A DNA stretch of 56,970 nt from Macrostomum lignano (taxonomy: Eukaryota): the NCBI GenBank assembly GCA_002269645.1, contig NIVC01002328.1:1-56970 (forward strand). Direction: 5' to 3'. The translations under genes and the position numbers were made by a program. Shown here piece after piece: positions 41,090-53,225 of the stretch (within the stretch, counting starts at the first letter, position 1; the number at the start of each line of letters is the position of its first letter). The notes under the pieces were generated by a model. That model saw only the letters and a list, made by a program, of their open reading frames with translations. It made no database searches and was not told the origin of the DNA.

Positions 41090-43210
41090 CAACAAAGGAC
41101 GAAGAGAGGGGAGACGGGCGGAGAGAGAGAGGAGACTGGCAAGAGGAGGCAGGCGGAGAGGAGACCGGCGGAGAGAGAGGAGGCCAGCGGAGACAGAGGA
41201 GACCAGCGAAGAGAGAGAGGAGGCCAGCGGAAAGAGAGAGGAGACCAGCGAAGAGAGAGGGGAGACCAGCGAAGAGAGAGGAGACCAGCGAAGAGAGAGG
41301 GGAGACCAGCGAAGAGAGAGGAGACCGGAGAAGAAAGAGGACACCAGCGGAGAGAGAGGAGACCAGCGGAGAGAGGGGAGACCAGCGGAGAGAGGGGAGA
41401 CCAGCGGAGAGAGGGGAGACCAGCGGAGAGAGATGAGACTGAAGGAGAAAGAGGAGACCAGTGGAGAGAGAGGAGACCGGCGGAGAGGAGACCAGCGAAG
41501 AGAGAGGGGAGACCAGCGGAGAGAGAGGAGGCCAGCGGAGAGAGAGGAGACCAGCGGAGAGAGAGGAGGCCAGCGGAGAGAGAGGAGACCAGCGGAGAGA
41601 GGGGAGACCAGCGGAGAGAGGGGAGACCAGTGGAGAGAGAGGGGAGACCAGCGAAGAGAGAGGAGACCGGAGAAGAAAGAGGACACCAGCGGAGAGAGAG
41701 GAGACCAGCGAAGAGAGAGGGGAGACCAGCGAAGAGAGAGGAGACCGGAGAAGAAAGAGGACACCAGCGGAGAGAGAGGAGACCAGCGGAGAGAGGGGAG
41801 ACCAGCGGAGAGAGAGGAGACCAGCGGAGAGAGAGGAGACCGGAGAAGAAAGAGGAGACCAGTGGAGAGAGAGGAGACCGGCGGAGAGGAGACCAGCGAA
41901 GAGAGAGGGGAGACCAGCGGAGAGAGAGGAGGCCAGCGGAGAGAGAGGAGGCCAGCGGAGAGAGAGGAGACCAGCGGAGAGAGACGAGACCAGCGGAGAG
42001 AGGGGAGACCAGCGGAGAGAGATGAGACTGAAGGAGAAAGAGGAGACCAGCGGAGAGAGGGGAGACCAGCGGAGAGAGATGAGACTGAAGGAGAAAGAGG
42101 AGACCAGCGGAGAGAGAGGAGACCAGCGGAGAGAGGGGAGACCAGCGGAGAGAGAGGAGACCGGAGAAGAAAGAGGAGACCAGTGGAGAGAGAGGAGACC
42201 GGCGGAGAGGAGACCAGCGAAGAGAGAGGGGAGACCAGCGGAGAGAGAGGAGGCCAGCGGAGAGAGAGGAGGCCAGCGGAGAGAGAGGAGGCCAGCGGAG
42301 AGAGACGAGACCAGCGGAGAGAGGGGAGACCAGCGGAGAGAGATGAGACTGAAGGAGAAAGAGGAGACCAGCGGAGAGAGGGGAGACCAGCGGAGAGAGA
42401 TGAGACTGAAGGAGAAAGAGGAGACCAGCGGAGAGAGGGGAGACCAGCGGAGAGAGATGAGACTGAAGGAGAAAGAGGAGACCAGCGGAGAGAGAGGAGA
42501 CCAGCGGAGAGAGGGGAGACCAGCGGAGAGAGAGGAGACCGGCGGAGAGAAGACCGGAGGAGAGAGAGGAGACCGGCGGAGAGGAGACCAGCGAAGAGAG
42601 AGGGGAGACCAGCGGAGAGAGAGGAGGCCAGCGGAGAGAGAGGAGGCCAGCGGAGAGAGAGGAGGCCAGCGGAGAGAGAGGAGACCAGCGGAGAGAGAGG
42701 AGACCAGCGGAGAGAGAGGAGACCAGCGGAGAGAGATGAGACTGAAGGAGAAAGAGGAGACCAGCGGAGAGAGGGGAGACCAGCGGAGAGAGATGAGACT
42801 GAAGGAGAAAGAGGAGACCGGCGGAGAGAAGACCGGAGGAGAGAAGACCGGAGGAGAGAGAGGAGACCAGCGGAGAGAGAGGAGACCAGCGGAGAGAAGG
42901 GAGACCAGCGGAGAAAGAGGAGACCGGAGGAGAAAGAGGACACCATCGGAGAGAGAGGAGACTAGCGGAGAGAGAGGAGACCAGCGGAGAGAGAGGAGAC
43001 CAGCGGAGAGGAGACGCGGAGAAGAGACGAGCGAAGAGGAGACCGGCGGAGATGAGACGCGGAGAAGAGACCGGCGGAGATGAGACGCGGAAAGGAGACC
43101 GGTGGAGAGGAGACCGGCGGAGATGAGACGCGGAGAGGAGGCCGGCGGAGAGGAGACGCAGAGAAGAGACGAGCGGAGAGGAGACAAGCGGAGAGGAGAC
43201 CAGCGGAGAG
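41090..43210. repeat. Purine-rich compound minisatellite (GGAGACCAGCGGAGAGAGA-like)
   Basis: Over 2 kb of variant units; long ORFs in all frames are artefacts. Confidence 0.95.
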
Positions 43211-45351
43211 TAAACAGCGTAGAGGAGATGGGGACTGGGGAGAAGAGATGGAGAAGAGACTGTGTTTTTTATGCTGGCTAGTGATTGGGCCTACGTTTAT
43301 AAATACGAGGAATAGCATTAAGGTGTATTATATAGCCTAGCTGAGTATTTCAAACATGCAAAAAATGGACCTAGTCATTTCCGAATATACAGACGCTTAC
43401 CTTTTGGGGGTCCCGTGCCATGCGGACCACTGCAGTGCTTTTAGTGTGGAAATTTCGAGGAGTTTTAGTTCTTTTCGTCAGCAGGTTTGTTGAATAACTA
43501 CTGGCTAGGCTAGCCTATCCTTTAAACCTTTGATATAGCTTATTGATATATTCTATTATATTATCTTGATCTAGCTTTAAATGTAGTTAGGACTCCGCAA
43601 GATATTCATTCAACTTGAGGTTGAGCAAAAACGTGAGAACGAATAGGAATGAACTATCCAGTAGAAATCGGTCGATTCAAAACTGGTCTTCACTGATTGG
43701 ATGCGCACTTGGAATGGCTCTTTGATTGTCATAGTGAGGGAGTTGGGGTGGGGATGGGATTTTCGATTGATTTGGGCCGATTCGAAAAGGCCCGAAGGCA
43801 GTTTGTCCCTCCGGTTTTGCTTAAGTGACCTCCTCAACTGGCAGAAGCCGATGGCTCCTATGAGAATGGGAGTCTAGTCCAGAGACTGAAACTCAAGTTT
43901 GGCCGTTGCTCATGTAGGAGAGAAGGAATAGAGAGGACGGCACGTGAGCAGGAGCGTGAGCAGGAGGGGGAGAGCGGTGAGCAGAGGCAGGAAGAGGGGG
44001 AAATTTTTCTTGCTCTCCCGTCTCTCACGTCTTTATCCTCTTAATCACGCTCTTGACTTTTTTCGAGGTACCACGCAGCAGCCCATGGTTCAGGCTCCAA
44101 ACGCGCTGAGCAGAAGAGGGGGAGTAGTGAGCAGAAGAGCCCTAGTAAGCAGAGGGTGTTAGCTCTTGCTTCCCATCTCGCAGACAGCTTGCGTTTCTCC
44201 CTCTGCCTGCCTATCTTCCCTTTCCTGCATGCATGTCTCCTTGCTCGACCTTATGCCAATCAACCCTATCTCCCCGCAAACTGATTTTTTATACATCTCT
44301 AAAATGTATTGCATGCAACTGGTTGATCATTGACGCCTTTTAAATATGTATTTTAAGTGGAAAATTCTTTTTTTGCTTAAAACCCGGTTGCTAGGTATTT
44401 ATTTACTTCGTCCTGATCAGGTCGATGATGAGAGGGGTAAGGACAAGTGAGAAAGAGCGATAACCAGAATGGCCTACAAGAGGCGGTGCCTCAATGATGC
44501 AAGCCTGCATTGGATGCATTGGATGCTTTTCTGTATTTACACAAGCGTTGCTGTGGGGACTGATATACTCGCACAAAAAAGAGCGTGCAGAGTTCAACTT
44601 TGACTTTTTTGACAAGTTCAATCGGGGTAAAGTGAGGTGTGAAGAAAGACGATTTTTATCCCGCGAAAAGCATAACCACAGCGAGGTTGAGTGCATGATG
44701 TGAGACGTGGGAATCCGACGGTTTTCTGCTCCGTAAGGAGGTGCAAAACGCTGAACCATATTGTCAACAAAAATTGATTCTACCCTGTTGTTTATATAAT
44801 GGTTATCGATAACCGCCTGCCAATTCAGTGAGCCAAAAGCTATACAATAGTCATTGCGCAATCAATGTGCGAATCGCGCATACAGATAGCCCCTTACAGC
44901 TAAGCTCAAACTTTAATTCACACCAGGAAATCAACCGTTTTCGCAAGCATGCAAAGAGGGCAGCGATTTGGTCAATTATATCCCGCTCAGATGGCACTGA
45001 GCCATTCGCCCATTCCAACTTCTAGAAACTCAGCAGGGTGTAGGGGCGGTAGGGCTATATATTACGGTGTGCAATTAAAGCAAGCTTCTCGATTGGGGAC
45101 TCTGCGCATTGCAGAGCTTAGCATGCAGGATTAAAATTCTGTTTGTACGATTACATGTCCTGTCCAGTGGCGGATCAAGACATTTGCTTAATTCGGGAAG
45201 AATGAGGCTAAGAATTGGGGGGGGGGCGCCACAAAGAGGCGCTATTTTGGGGAACCCTTTTGGGGCCCACTTTGGGAGGCGCCTTGTGCGCGAGCGCCAT
45301 AGAAGGAACTTTATAGAAGCGCCATAGAGGCGCCCTATAGTACTCATTTTG

Positions 45352-46160
45352 ACGCCCTGCGGCTCTTTTTGGCGCCCTGCAGCTTATTTTGGCGCCCTGC
45401 GGCTCTTTTTAGCGCCCTGTGGCTCTTTTTAGCGCCCTGCAGCCTATTTTGGCGCCCTGCGGCTCTTTTTAGCGCCCTGCGGCTCTTTTTGGCGCCCTGC
45501 AGCTTATTTTGGCGCCCTGCGGCTCTTTTTAGCGCCCTGCGGCTCTTTTTAGCGCCCTGCGGCTCTTTTTAGCGCCCTGCAGCCTATTTTGGCGCCCTGC
45601 GGCTCTTTTTAGCGCCCTGCAGCTTATTTCGGCGCCCTGCGGCTCTTTTTAGCGCCCTGCAGCTTATTTCGGCGCCTGCGGCTCTTTTTAGCGCCCTGCA
45701 GCTTTTTTTGGCGCCTGCGGCTCTTTTTAGCACCCTGCAGCTTATTTTGGCGCCTGCGGCTCTTTTTAGCGCCCTGCAGCTTATTTCGGCGCCCTGCAGC
45801 TTATTTTAGCGCCCTGCGGCTCTTTTTAGCGCCCTGCAGCTTATTTCGGCGCCTGCGGCTCTTTTTAGCGCCCTGCAGCTTATTTCGGCGCCCTGCGGCT
45901 CTTTTTAGCGCCCTGCAGCTTATTTCGGCGCCTGCGGCTCTTTTTAGCGCCCTGCGGCTCTTTTTAGCGCCCTGCGGCTCTTTTTAGCGCCCTGCAGCTT
46001 ATTTCGGCGCCTGCGGCTCTTTTTAGCGCCCTGCGGCTCTTTTTAGCGCCCTGCGGCTCTTTTTAGCGCCCTGCAGCTTATTTCGGCGCCTGCGGCTCTT
46101 TTTAGCGCCCTGCAGCTTATTTCGGCGCCTGCGGCTCCTTTTAGCGCCCTGCAGCTTATT
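45352..46160. repeat. Minisatellite, ~20-bp unit (GCGCCCTGCGGCTCTTTTTA)
   Basis: About 40 units. Confidence 0.95.
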
Positions 46161-46244
46161 TTGGTGCTCTCAGATATCTTCATGTTTTTTGTTTCGTACG
46201 ATCACTAAATTTTTTAAATTAAATTTCATCCTTCAAAACTGTCC

Positions 46245-46340
46245 CCCCTCCTCTCCTGCCCCTTGTCTCCTCTCCTGCCCCTTGTCTCCTCTCCTGCCCC
46301 TTGTCTCCTCTCCTGCCCCTTGTCTCCTCTCCTGCCCCTT
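46245..46340. repeat. Short tandem repeat (TGCCCCTTGTCTCCTCTCC)
   Basis: About 5 units. Confidence 0.85.
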
Positions 46341-47091
46341 GTCTCCCCTCTCCTCCCCGCCTGATAAATGATATTACTGATATATAGGCCCTACTTTCCT
46401 TTCTGTGCACTGCATTTAACTCGATATCAACGAAAGAATCTCTTTTCAAAAGAGATTCTGCTCATAAACTTATTTAATTGGAACTGTTAATTAAAGGCAA
46501 GCAACAGCTGAATTAGACGAGAAAAAGCATTTCTTTACTTTTATTTGGTTTTATATTTACTAATTTATTACATTACAAAACACATTGATCGAATTGATTA
46601 AAACACGAGCGATGCAATAACGATCAAAGCGGAGACTAGGACCTATACAACTATAGCTCTTATAGTGTATAGAGTATGCGAGTGCGTGAGGTGTTAACCC
46701 CTAATTTCTTTCGAATCAATAAAAATTAAGTTAGCAATACTCTACTGCTCGTACAATATTTAACCCAATTATGCGAAAAGCAACGGAAGTTGACATAATT
46801 TAATGATTCAGAAATGATAGGACAGTGATAAATGCGAGCAGCAATACAGAAAACATTAAAACGAACTATAAATACACGAGTTATTATTATAAAAGACCAG
46901 ATCAGTTACTAATGTAGTAGGCAAAGCATGAAACGATCCAAAAATTGACTGAGCATCATATACAGTAATTGCAAATCGATGTAAAATGTGCAAATTTTAA
47001 GCACTTAAGACGAAGAGGGGAGCGGAGAGAAAAGTCGAGCGAAAAGTAAGGCTAGCGGACTGATTAGGCCTAGCCAAAAGTCAACTACAAG

Positions 47092-48203
47092 CTAGTCAGT
47101 TTTTATCTTATTTCTCGCTGCCATGAGCTCAGTGAGCGTCCATTGCCATCCGTGTGCTCGTCCTGCTGCGGCAGCCGGTTCTGGCAATCGGGCCAGCTCA
47201 CTCACGTGAACGGAGAATAAATCTTCCTCGACCGGGAAGACAAACGGCCGCCGTCTCCCCCGTGCGATCCATTCCGAGACGGACATGGCGCAGGCCGAAA
47301 CTACGGCTTGTTCGCTGTCGAGTTGCTCGATGCGGGATGGAAAAAATTTCCAGGTGGCTTTGTTGCGCAATTCGGCCTTCACGGCGACAAGGGCCCAGTC
47401 CCCTGCGCAAAGAGGCACTGGGGTCGAATTCTCTAGCAGAGCACTTGGATTTGGCAAAAGCGGTTGATAATGCAGCTCAGGAATGTGGGCGATCTTGAGT
47501 GGCGATTTCATCTGCTTTGCACTGGCAGCTGTAATTTTGACCGGCGCTGGCTTATCGGGTTGATAAATATGAATGGCTCGGCCTAGCGAATTGGCAGTGC
47601 CGATTATTGCGACGTGATCGGCGTACGTGCCCGAGCGGCGCATTCTGCTGATGTAGTTCTCGAAGTCATTGCCTTCGATGAAATCGGTCAAGACCGTTCC
47701 GCAGATTACTGGATTTTCAACCAGGTAGTCACAAGACTGCTGACGAAGCTGCATATGATCGGCGTCAGAACCTTCGTTCTGCAGCAACTGAGCGATTGAC
47801 TCAAAAAAGCAGTCGCCAAAGGATTTTGTTTGGCCGAGGATGCAATCCAAGGAACTTGCTTTTGCCTTCAATTTAGCGGTGTATGCACTTTGAGAGACCT
47901 GCTTTGCAGATTCACCGGCTTTCATTCGCTCAGCAATTTTTTTCTGCTGGGTTGCCCATTTGGTATTTTTTTTCTGCGCGTTGAGCTGACGTTTCGCTAC
48001 ACGCATCTTCTTGGCATCAGCCAGTGCTCGCCGGTTGTTGGCCTTGTTGCGTAAAAAGGACAGCGTTGACAGGCTTGTGAGGTTGGAGTCCGGCAGGTCC
48101 TGGCAAGTCGATTTGCCTCTTTTCGAACTTGAGGCCTCCTCTGCTGCCTTCCTCTTTCTGTTCACAGGTAGAACGAAAGAAGAAACTGCAGCCGCCGCCG
48201 CAG
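47092..48203 (-). CDS. OTU-domain protein exon (OTU protease + Tudor/SH3-like domain), probably the last exon of the transposase gene
   Basis: FGDCFFESI...LRQQSCDYL...YISRMRRSGTYADHV...ELHYQPL; phase-1 acceptor TCTCAG at 48204 fits the donor at 48662. Confidence 0.75.
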
Positions 48204-48662
48204 CTGAGATAGATTCGACAGGACAGAACGAATCTGTTGAATTAGGAAGAGCAAACATCTAGCTCTAATTAAGATTTGCTTACTCCAATACGAATATCAT
48301 TGCCCGAAAAAATCTGCGACAGTCTTTAAGGCTGTTTGAAGCTGTCTTTAGGCATAATACGTACGAGTGAGTCAATTACATAAATAAAGCAGGAGTGCAC
48401 TCAATGACCCACGAGTCCCAGCCGCGGACAGCTCTGAGGGAAAAGATCTTTGCTAAAATTCTAGTCTTGTAATAAAAGTAAGCAGATTATTTCAGGGGGA
48501 ATCTGCTCGCAGTTCCCTTCTCATGACAGAATGTTAAGTCGGATTATGAGCCTTTAAATACACGCGATTAGACAAAGCTACGAGCGTAAGAAGCTCTACC
48601 AATAAAAACCCGTCTATGTCCGAAGCAAAGCCAGGCAGAAGAAATTTAATAAAAATTCTTAC

Positions 48663-50613
48663 CTGAGGGTGGCTCAGAATCCACATCTGAATCACACATT
48701 GCGATTGTGGCCTCAGTGAAACAGTCAGACGCCGGGCTGCTGCCGGGAGGCGCCGGGCTGCTGCCGGGAGGCGCCGGGCTGCTGTCGCGAGGCGGCGGGC
48801 TGCTGTCGCGAGGCGGCGGGCTGCTGCCGGGAGGCGCCGGGCTGCTGCCGGGAGGCGCCGGGCTGCTGTCGCGAGGCGGCGGGCTGCTGTCGCGAGGCGG
48901 CGGGCTGCTGCCGGGAGGCGCCGGGCTGCTGTCGCGAGGCGGCGGGCTGCTGCCGGGAGGCGTCGGGCTGCTGTCGCGAGGCGGCGGGCTGCTGCCGGGA
49001 GGCGCCGGGCTGCTGTCGCGAGGCGGCGGGCTGCTGTCGCGAGGCGGCGGGCTGCTGTCGCGAGGCGGCGGGCTGCTGCCGGGAGGCGCCGGGCTGCTGT
49101 CGCGAGGCGGCGGGCTGCTGCCGGGAGGCGCCAGGCTGCTGTCGCGAGGCGGCGGGCTGCTGTCGCGAGGCGGCGGGCTGCTGCCGGGAGGCGCCGGGCT
49201 GCTGTCGCGAGGCGGCGGGCTGCTGCCGGGAGGCGCCGGGCTGCTGTCGCGAGGCGGCGGGCTGCTGCCGGGAGGCGCCGGGCTGCTGCTGGGAGGCGCC
49301 GGGCTGCTGTCGCGAGGCGGCGGGCTGCTGCCGGGAGGCGCCGGGCTGCTGTCGCGAGGCGGCGGGCTGCTGCCGAGAGGCGCCGGGCTGCTGTCGCGAG
49401 GCGGCGGGCTGCTGCCGGGAGACGGCGAAGACGGCAGGCTTCCCAGAAGGCTCTCCACTGTGTCACCAGAGCTTGCGATGTGGTTATCACATGGCCTGTC
49501 CGCCCTTACGTTGCCTGACAGCAGCCAGAAAAGTTGCTGAAGCCTTCGATCTTCTGCAGAGACAGGCGGCTGAGTTTGCAGCTGAAACAGCTTTTCTGTG
49601 CCGAAAACTCGCTCAAAGCACTGCTCCACTGATCCACTAACAGTCTGACAAGTTTTTTCTGCTTTAGGAGTCGTTTTCAGCTGCTCCTCGTTGCCAGATG
49701 ATAGCTCGTTGTTCGGCGTGACACCACCGCTTTTTGATATGTCGACTCTCTTTAGTAACTTGTCGTATGGTGGTGCGTCCGGATTTCTTGGAAATATTCC
49801 GCTCTTTCGGAAACCAGCCGCAATGTTGCACGCGTTTGCCTTTCGTTGAAGCACGTCGCGAAATAAGTGCACAAACTGCTGCCGACTGATGCTGCCGCCG
49901 AATGCAGCCTGCTGTGATCTGTCAGCAAGAAGTTCTCGCCACCCGCACTTGACTGGGCGAAAAACGGCAAGGTCGAGCGGCTGCATAACGTGCGTCGCGT
50001 TTGGAACTAGCCCATAGAGAACCACCTTCTGTTCACGCAGATATTCCAGCAGCTCAACAGATAGTCGAGATTCGTGAAGATCCGTAAACAGAACCACCGG
50101 GCGGCGCACTTTCTCTTCATCAAGAAATGGAACAAACGTCTCGCGGATGAAAGTCTCGAATCCAGAGGTAGTCATCCAGCCGTTCGGCGAAAAACTGTAG
50201 TGGCAGTCCGGCGGCAAGTGGTCTGTTCGCTGCTGAATTTTTCCAGGAAAAACGAATCGAGGCGGCAGAAGCTTTCCTGCGCATTGAACAGCGACTAGAA
50301 CGGTTGTAAACTTTCGATCACTGCCATGTACCTTTTGAACGACATTAAGCATTCCTTTCGGTGCTAAAACGGCTTGCGACTTTATTCCCTGAGGAACAGC
50401 GATTTCGTCACAGTTAAAAATTCTCTCAGGATCCTGCAGCGCTCCGTCAAGTAGCTCATCCATCTCAAACGCAGCGAGCGCCTCAAACCAGTTGCGGATT
50501 CTGACCTCTGTGACGACTGTCCGACCAGGATTCACAGCCTGAGGAATACGCAACGCAAGCTCTGGATGTCTTTTAAGAAAGCTGTCAACCCAGCCTCGCG
50601 TCACAGTGTCAGC
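48663..50613 (-). CDS. pogo/Tigger (CENP-B family) DDE_1 transposase exon with a Ser/Pro 7-aa repeat tail
   Basis: GWVDSFLKRHP, IFNCDE, NGWMTT..F, LFTDLHESR, PNATHVMQPLDLAVF. Confidence 0.9.
48728..49420. repeat. Coding 21-bp minisatellite (PPGSSPA/PPRDSSP)
   Basis: About 33 in-frame units. Confidence 0.93.
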
Positions 50614-50714
50614 CTGGGAATAGGAAAATGAATAATAACTCAAAAGGACAAATACAATGCAATACTAAAATTATTAAAATTATTGCAATACTAAATACTA
50701 AATGCAATACGAGA

Positions 50715-51412
50715 GGAACCGGAGGGGAACCGGAGGGGAACCGGAGGGGAACCGGAGGGGAACCGGAGGAGAACCGGAGGGGAACCGGAGGGGAACCGGA
50801 GGGGAACCGGAGGGGAACCGGAGGGGAACCGGAGGGGAACCGGAGGGGAACCGGAGGGGAACCGGAGGGGAACCGGAGGGGAACCGGAGGGGAACCGGAG
50901 GGGAACCGGAGGGGAACCGGAGGGGAACCGGAGGGGAACCGGAGGGGAACCGGAGGGGAACCGGAGGGGAACCGGAGGGGAACCGGAGGGGAACCGGAGG
51001 GGAACCGGAGGGGAACCGGAGGGGAACCGGAGGGGAACCGGAGGGGAACCGGAGGGGAACCGGAGGGGAACCGGAGGGGAACCGGAGGGGAACCGGAGGG
51101 GAACCGGAGGGGAACCGGAGGGGAACTGGGTCAGGCAGCGGGAAAACTAGGCAAGGCAGCGGGAGAACTGGGTCAGGCAGCGGGAGAACTGGGTCAGGCA
51201 GCGGGAAAACTAGGCAAGGCAGCGGGAGAACTGGGTCAGGCAGCGGGAGAACTGGGTCAGGCAGCGGGAGAACTGGGTCAGGCAGCGGGAGAACTGGGTC
51301 AGGCAGCGGGAGAACTGGGTCAGGCAGCGGGAGAACTGGGTCAGGCAGCGGGAGAACTGGGTCAGGCAGCGGGAGAACTGGGTCAGGCAGCGGGAGAACT
51401 GGGTCAGACAGC
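50715..51412. repeat. Intronic minisatellites: 11-bp GGAGGGGAACC and 21-bp GGGTCAGGCAGCGGGAGAACT
   Basis: Two adjacent arrays. Confidence 0.95.
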
Positions 51413-51503
51413 GGTCCTATTATTGCTGTCCTATTACCGTAAGGGTAAAAGCAGATTTGAGATCTCGCTCTTTTCAATAAAATTTATTTATAAATATTCT
51501 TGC

Positions 51504-51866
51504 CTGGACATGGCGCAAGCCGCTCCTGCCTTCCTTGCTGGCGAAATTGCAGACAGCATCCGACGCCATTTGCAGCAGCAACTTTCTCGAAACTGGAAGC
51601 TGCTGCACGGCCGCCTGCTGTATGGCGTCAGAAAAAAGGCGTTCTTCTGCCTCTGTAAAGTAGCGCTTACAGTCATTTCTTTTTCTTGGCTTTTCGCCAT
51701 TCATTAATTTTCGAACGCGATCAAACAGTGTCGATCTTGAAACGCCGAAAGAATCGGCAACATTGCGGTAGTCACCGTCTAACCCACTCCGAATACGTTG
51801 CAGCACACTTTGAACTGCGGATTCCAAATCCGGCTTTTTGCCTTTTGATTGCTGTGGTTTTGCCAT
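51504..51866 (-). CDS. Transposase exon 1: psq-type HTH and start of the CENP-B HTH
   Basis: YRNVADSFGVSRSTLFDRV, FTEAEERLF; GC donor (CAG|GCAAGA) joins in frame to 50613. Confidence 0.8.
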
Positions 51867-52364
51867 TGTTGGCAAGCTGTTAATTAGGCCTAGTTAATTT
51901 GAATATACGCTTTAGTTGGTATTTCTTATTATCAGAACCAAAAGAGTTGATTATGGGTTATGAAAATGGCGATGGCAAGCTGTTTTTTTCCACAACAGGT
52001 TAAAAATGGGATTGGGAGTTCATCCAAACTCGTGGATAGGTCGCAAGTATAATGTGCGACCCAGTGCTAGCCAATAGTAAGACGCTGGTGCTTGTCATTG
52101 GCAGTAGGGCCTTATTGTTCCCTTTTCGTCCCTTGAGATCATCCGTCTCGAAATTCTGAGAGAAGGAAAAGACTAAACTATTTTGCGAATCTGATAGGCC
52201 CTATTGAGTCTAGAAGAAATCATGGGGATAAAGTCAGTTGAAACCGGATGAGGCGGGGAAACTGGGAGAAACGGGTCAAGACAAAGATAATGAGTCAAAA
52301 TACAGAAACAGACGAACAGAGATGGAGCCGAGAAATTATTTCAATGAGTGTAGTTTTAACATTT

Positions 52365-53225
52365 GAGCACAGAATGAGCACACAGAATGAGCACACAGAA
52401 TGCGCACAGAGTGTGCACACAGAATGAGCACACAGAATGAGCACACAGAATGCGCACAGAGTGTGCACACAGAATGAGCGCACAGAATGAGCACACAGAA
52501 TGAGCGCACAGAATGAGCACACAGAATGAGCGCACAGAATGAGCGCACAGAATGAGCACACAGAATGAGCGCACAGAATGAGCGCACAGAATGAGCACAC
52601 AGAATGAGCGCACAGAATGAGCACACAGAATGAGCACACAGAATGCGCACAGAGTGTGCACACAGAATGAGCACACAGAATGAGCACACAGAATGAGCGC
52701 ACAGAATGAGCACACAGAATGAGCGCACAGAATGAGCACACAGAATGAGCACACAGAATGCGCACAGAGTGTGCACACAGAATGAGCACACAGAATGAGC
52801 GCACAGAATGAGCGCACAGAATGAGCACATAGAATGAGCACACAGAATGAGCGCACAGAATGAGCGCACAGAATGAGCACACAGAATGAGCGCACAGAAT
52901 GAGCACACAGAATGAGCACACAGAATGCGCACAGAGTGTGCACACAGAATGAGCACACAGAATGAGCACACAGAATGAGCACACAGAATGAGCACACAGA
53001 ATGAGCACACAGAATGAGCGCACAGAATGAGCACACAGAATGAGCACACAGAATGCGCACAGAGTGTGCACACAGAATGAGCACACAGAATGAGCACACA
53101 GAATGAGCACACAGAATGAGCACACAGAATGAGCACACAGAATGAGCACACAGAATGAGCACACAGAATGAGCGCACAGAATGAGCACACAGAATGAGCA
53201 CACAGAATGAGCACACAGGATGAGC
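52365..53225. repeat. Minisatellite, 13-bp unit (GAGCACACAGAAT)
   Basis: About 65 units. Confidence 0.95.

Noticed and set aside
41045-43340. Long low-complexity ORFs over minisatellites (also 31042-32035, 23687-24338, 50628-51707, 52295-53321)
   Set aside because: Open in several frames on both strands because the repeat units lack stops.
43600-43920. Small hairpins suggesting a structured RNA or ribozyme
   Set aside because: No hammerhead, HDV or other catalytic core motif could be assembled.
453-53225. Tandem arrays as CRISPR
   Set aside because: Units are contiguous with no unique spacers; no cas genes; eukaryotic context.
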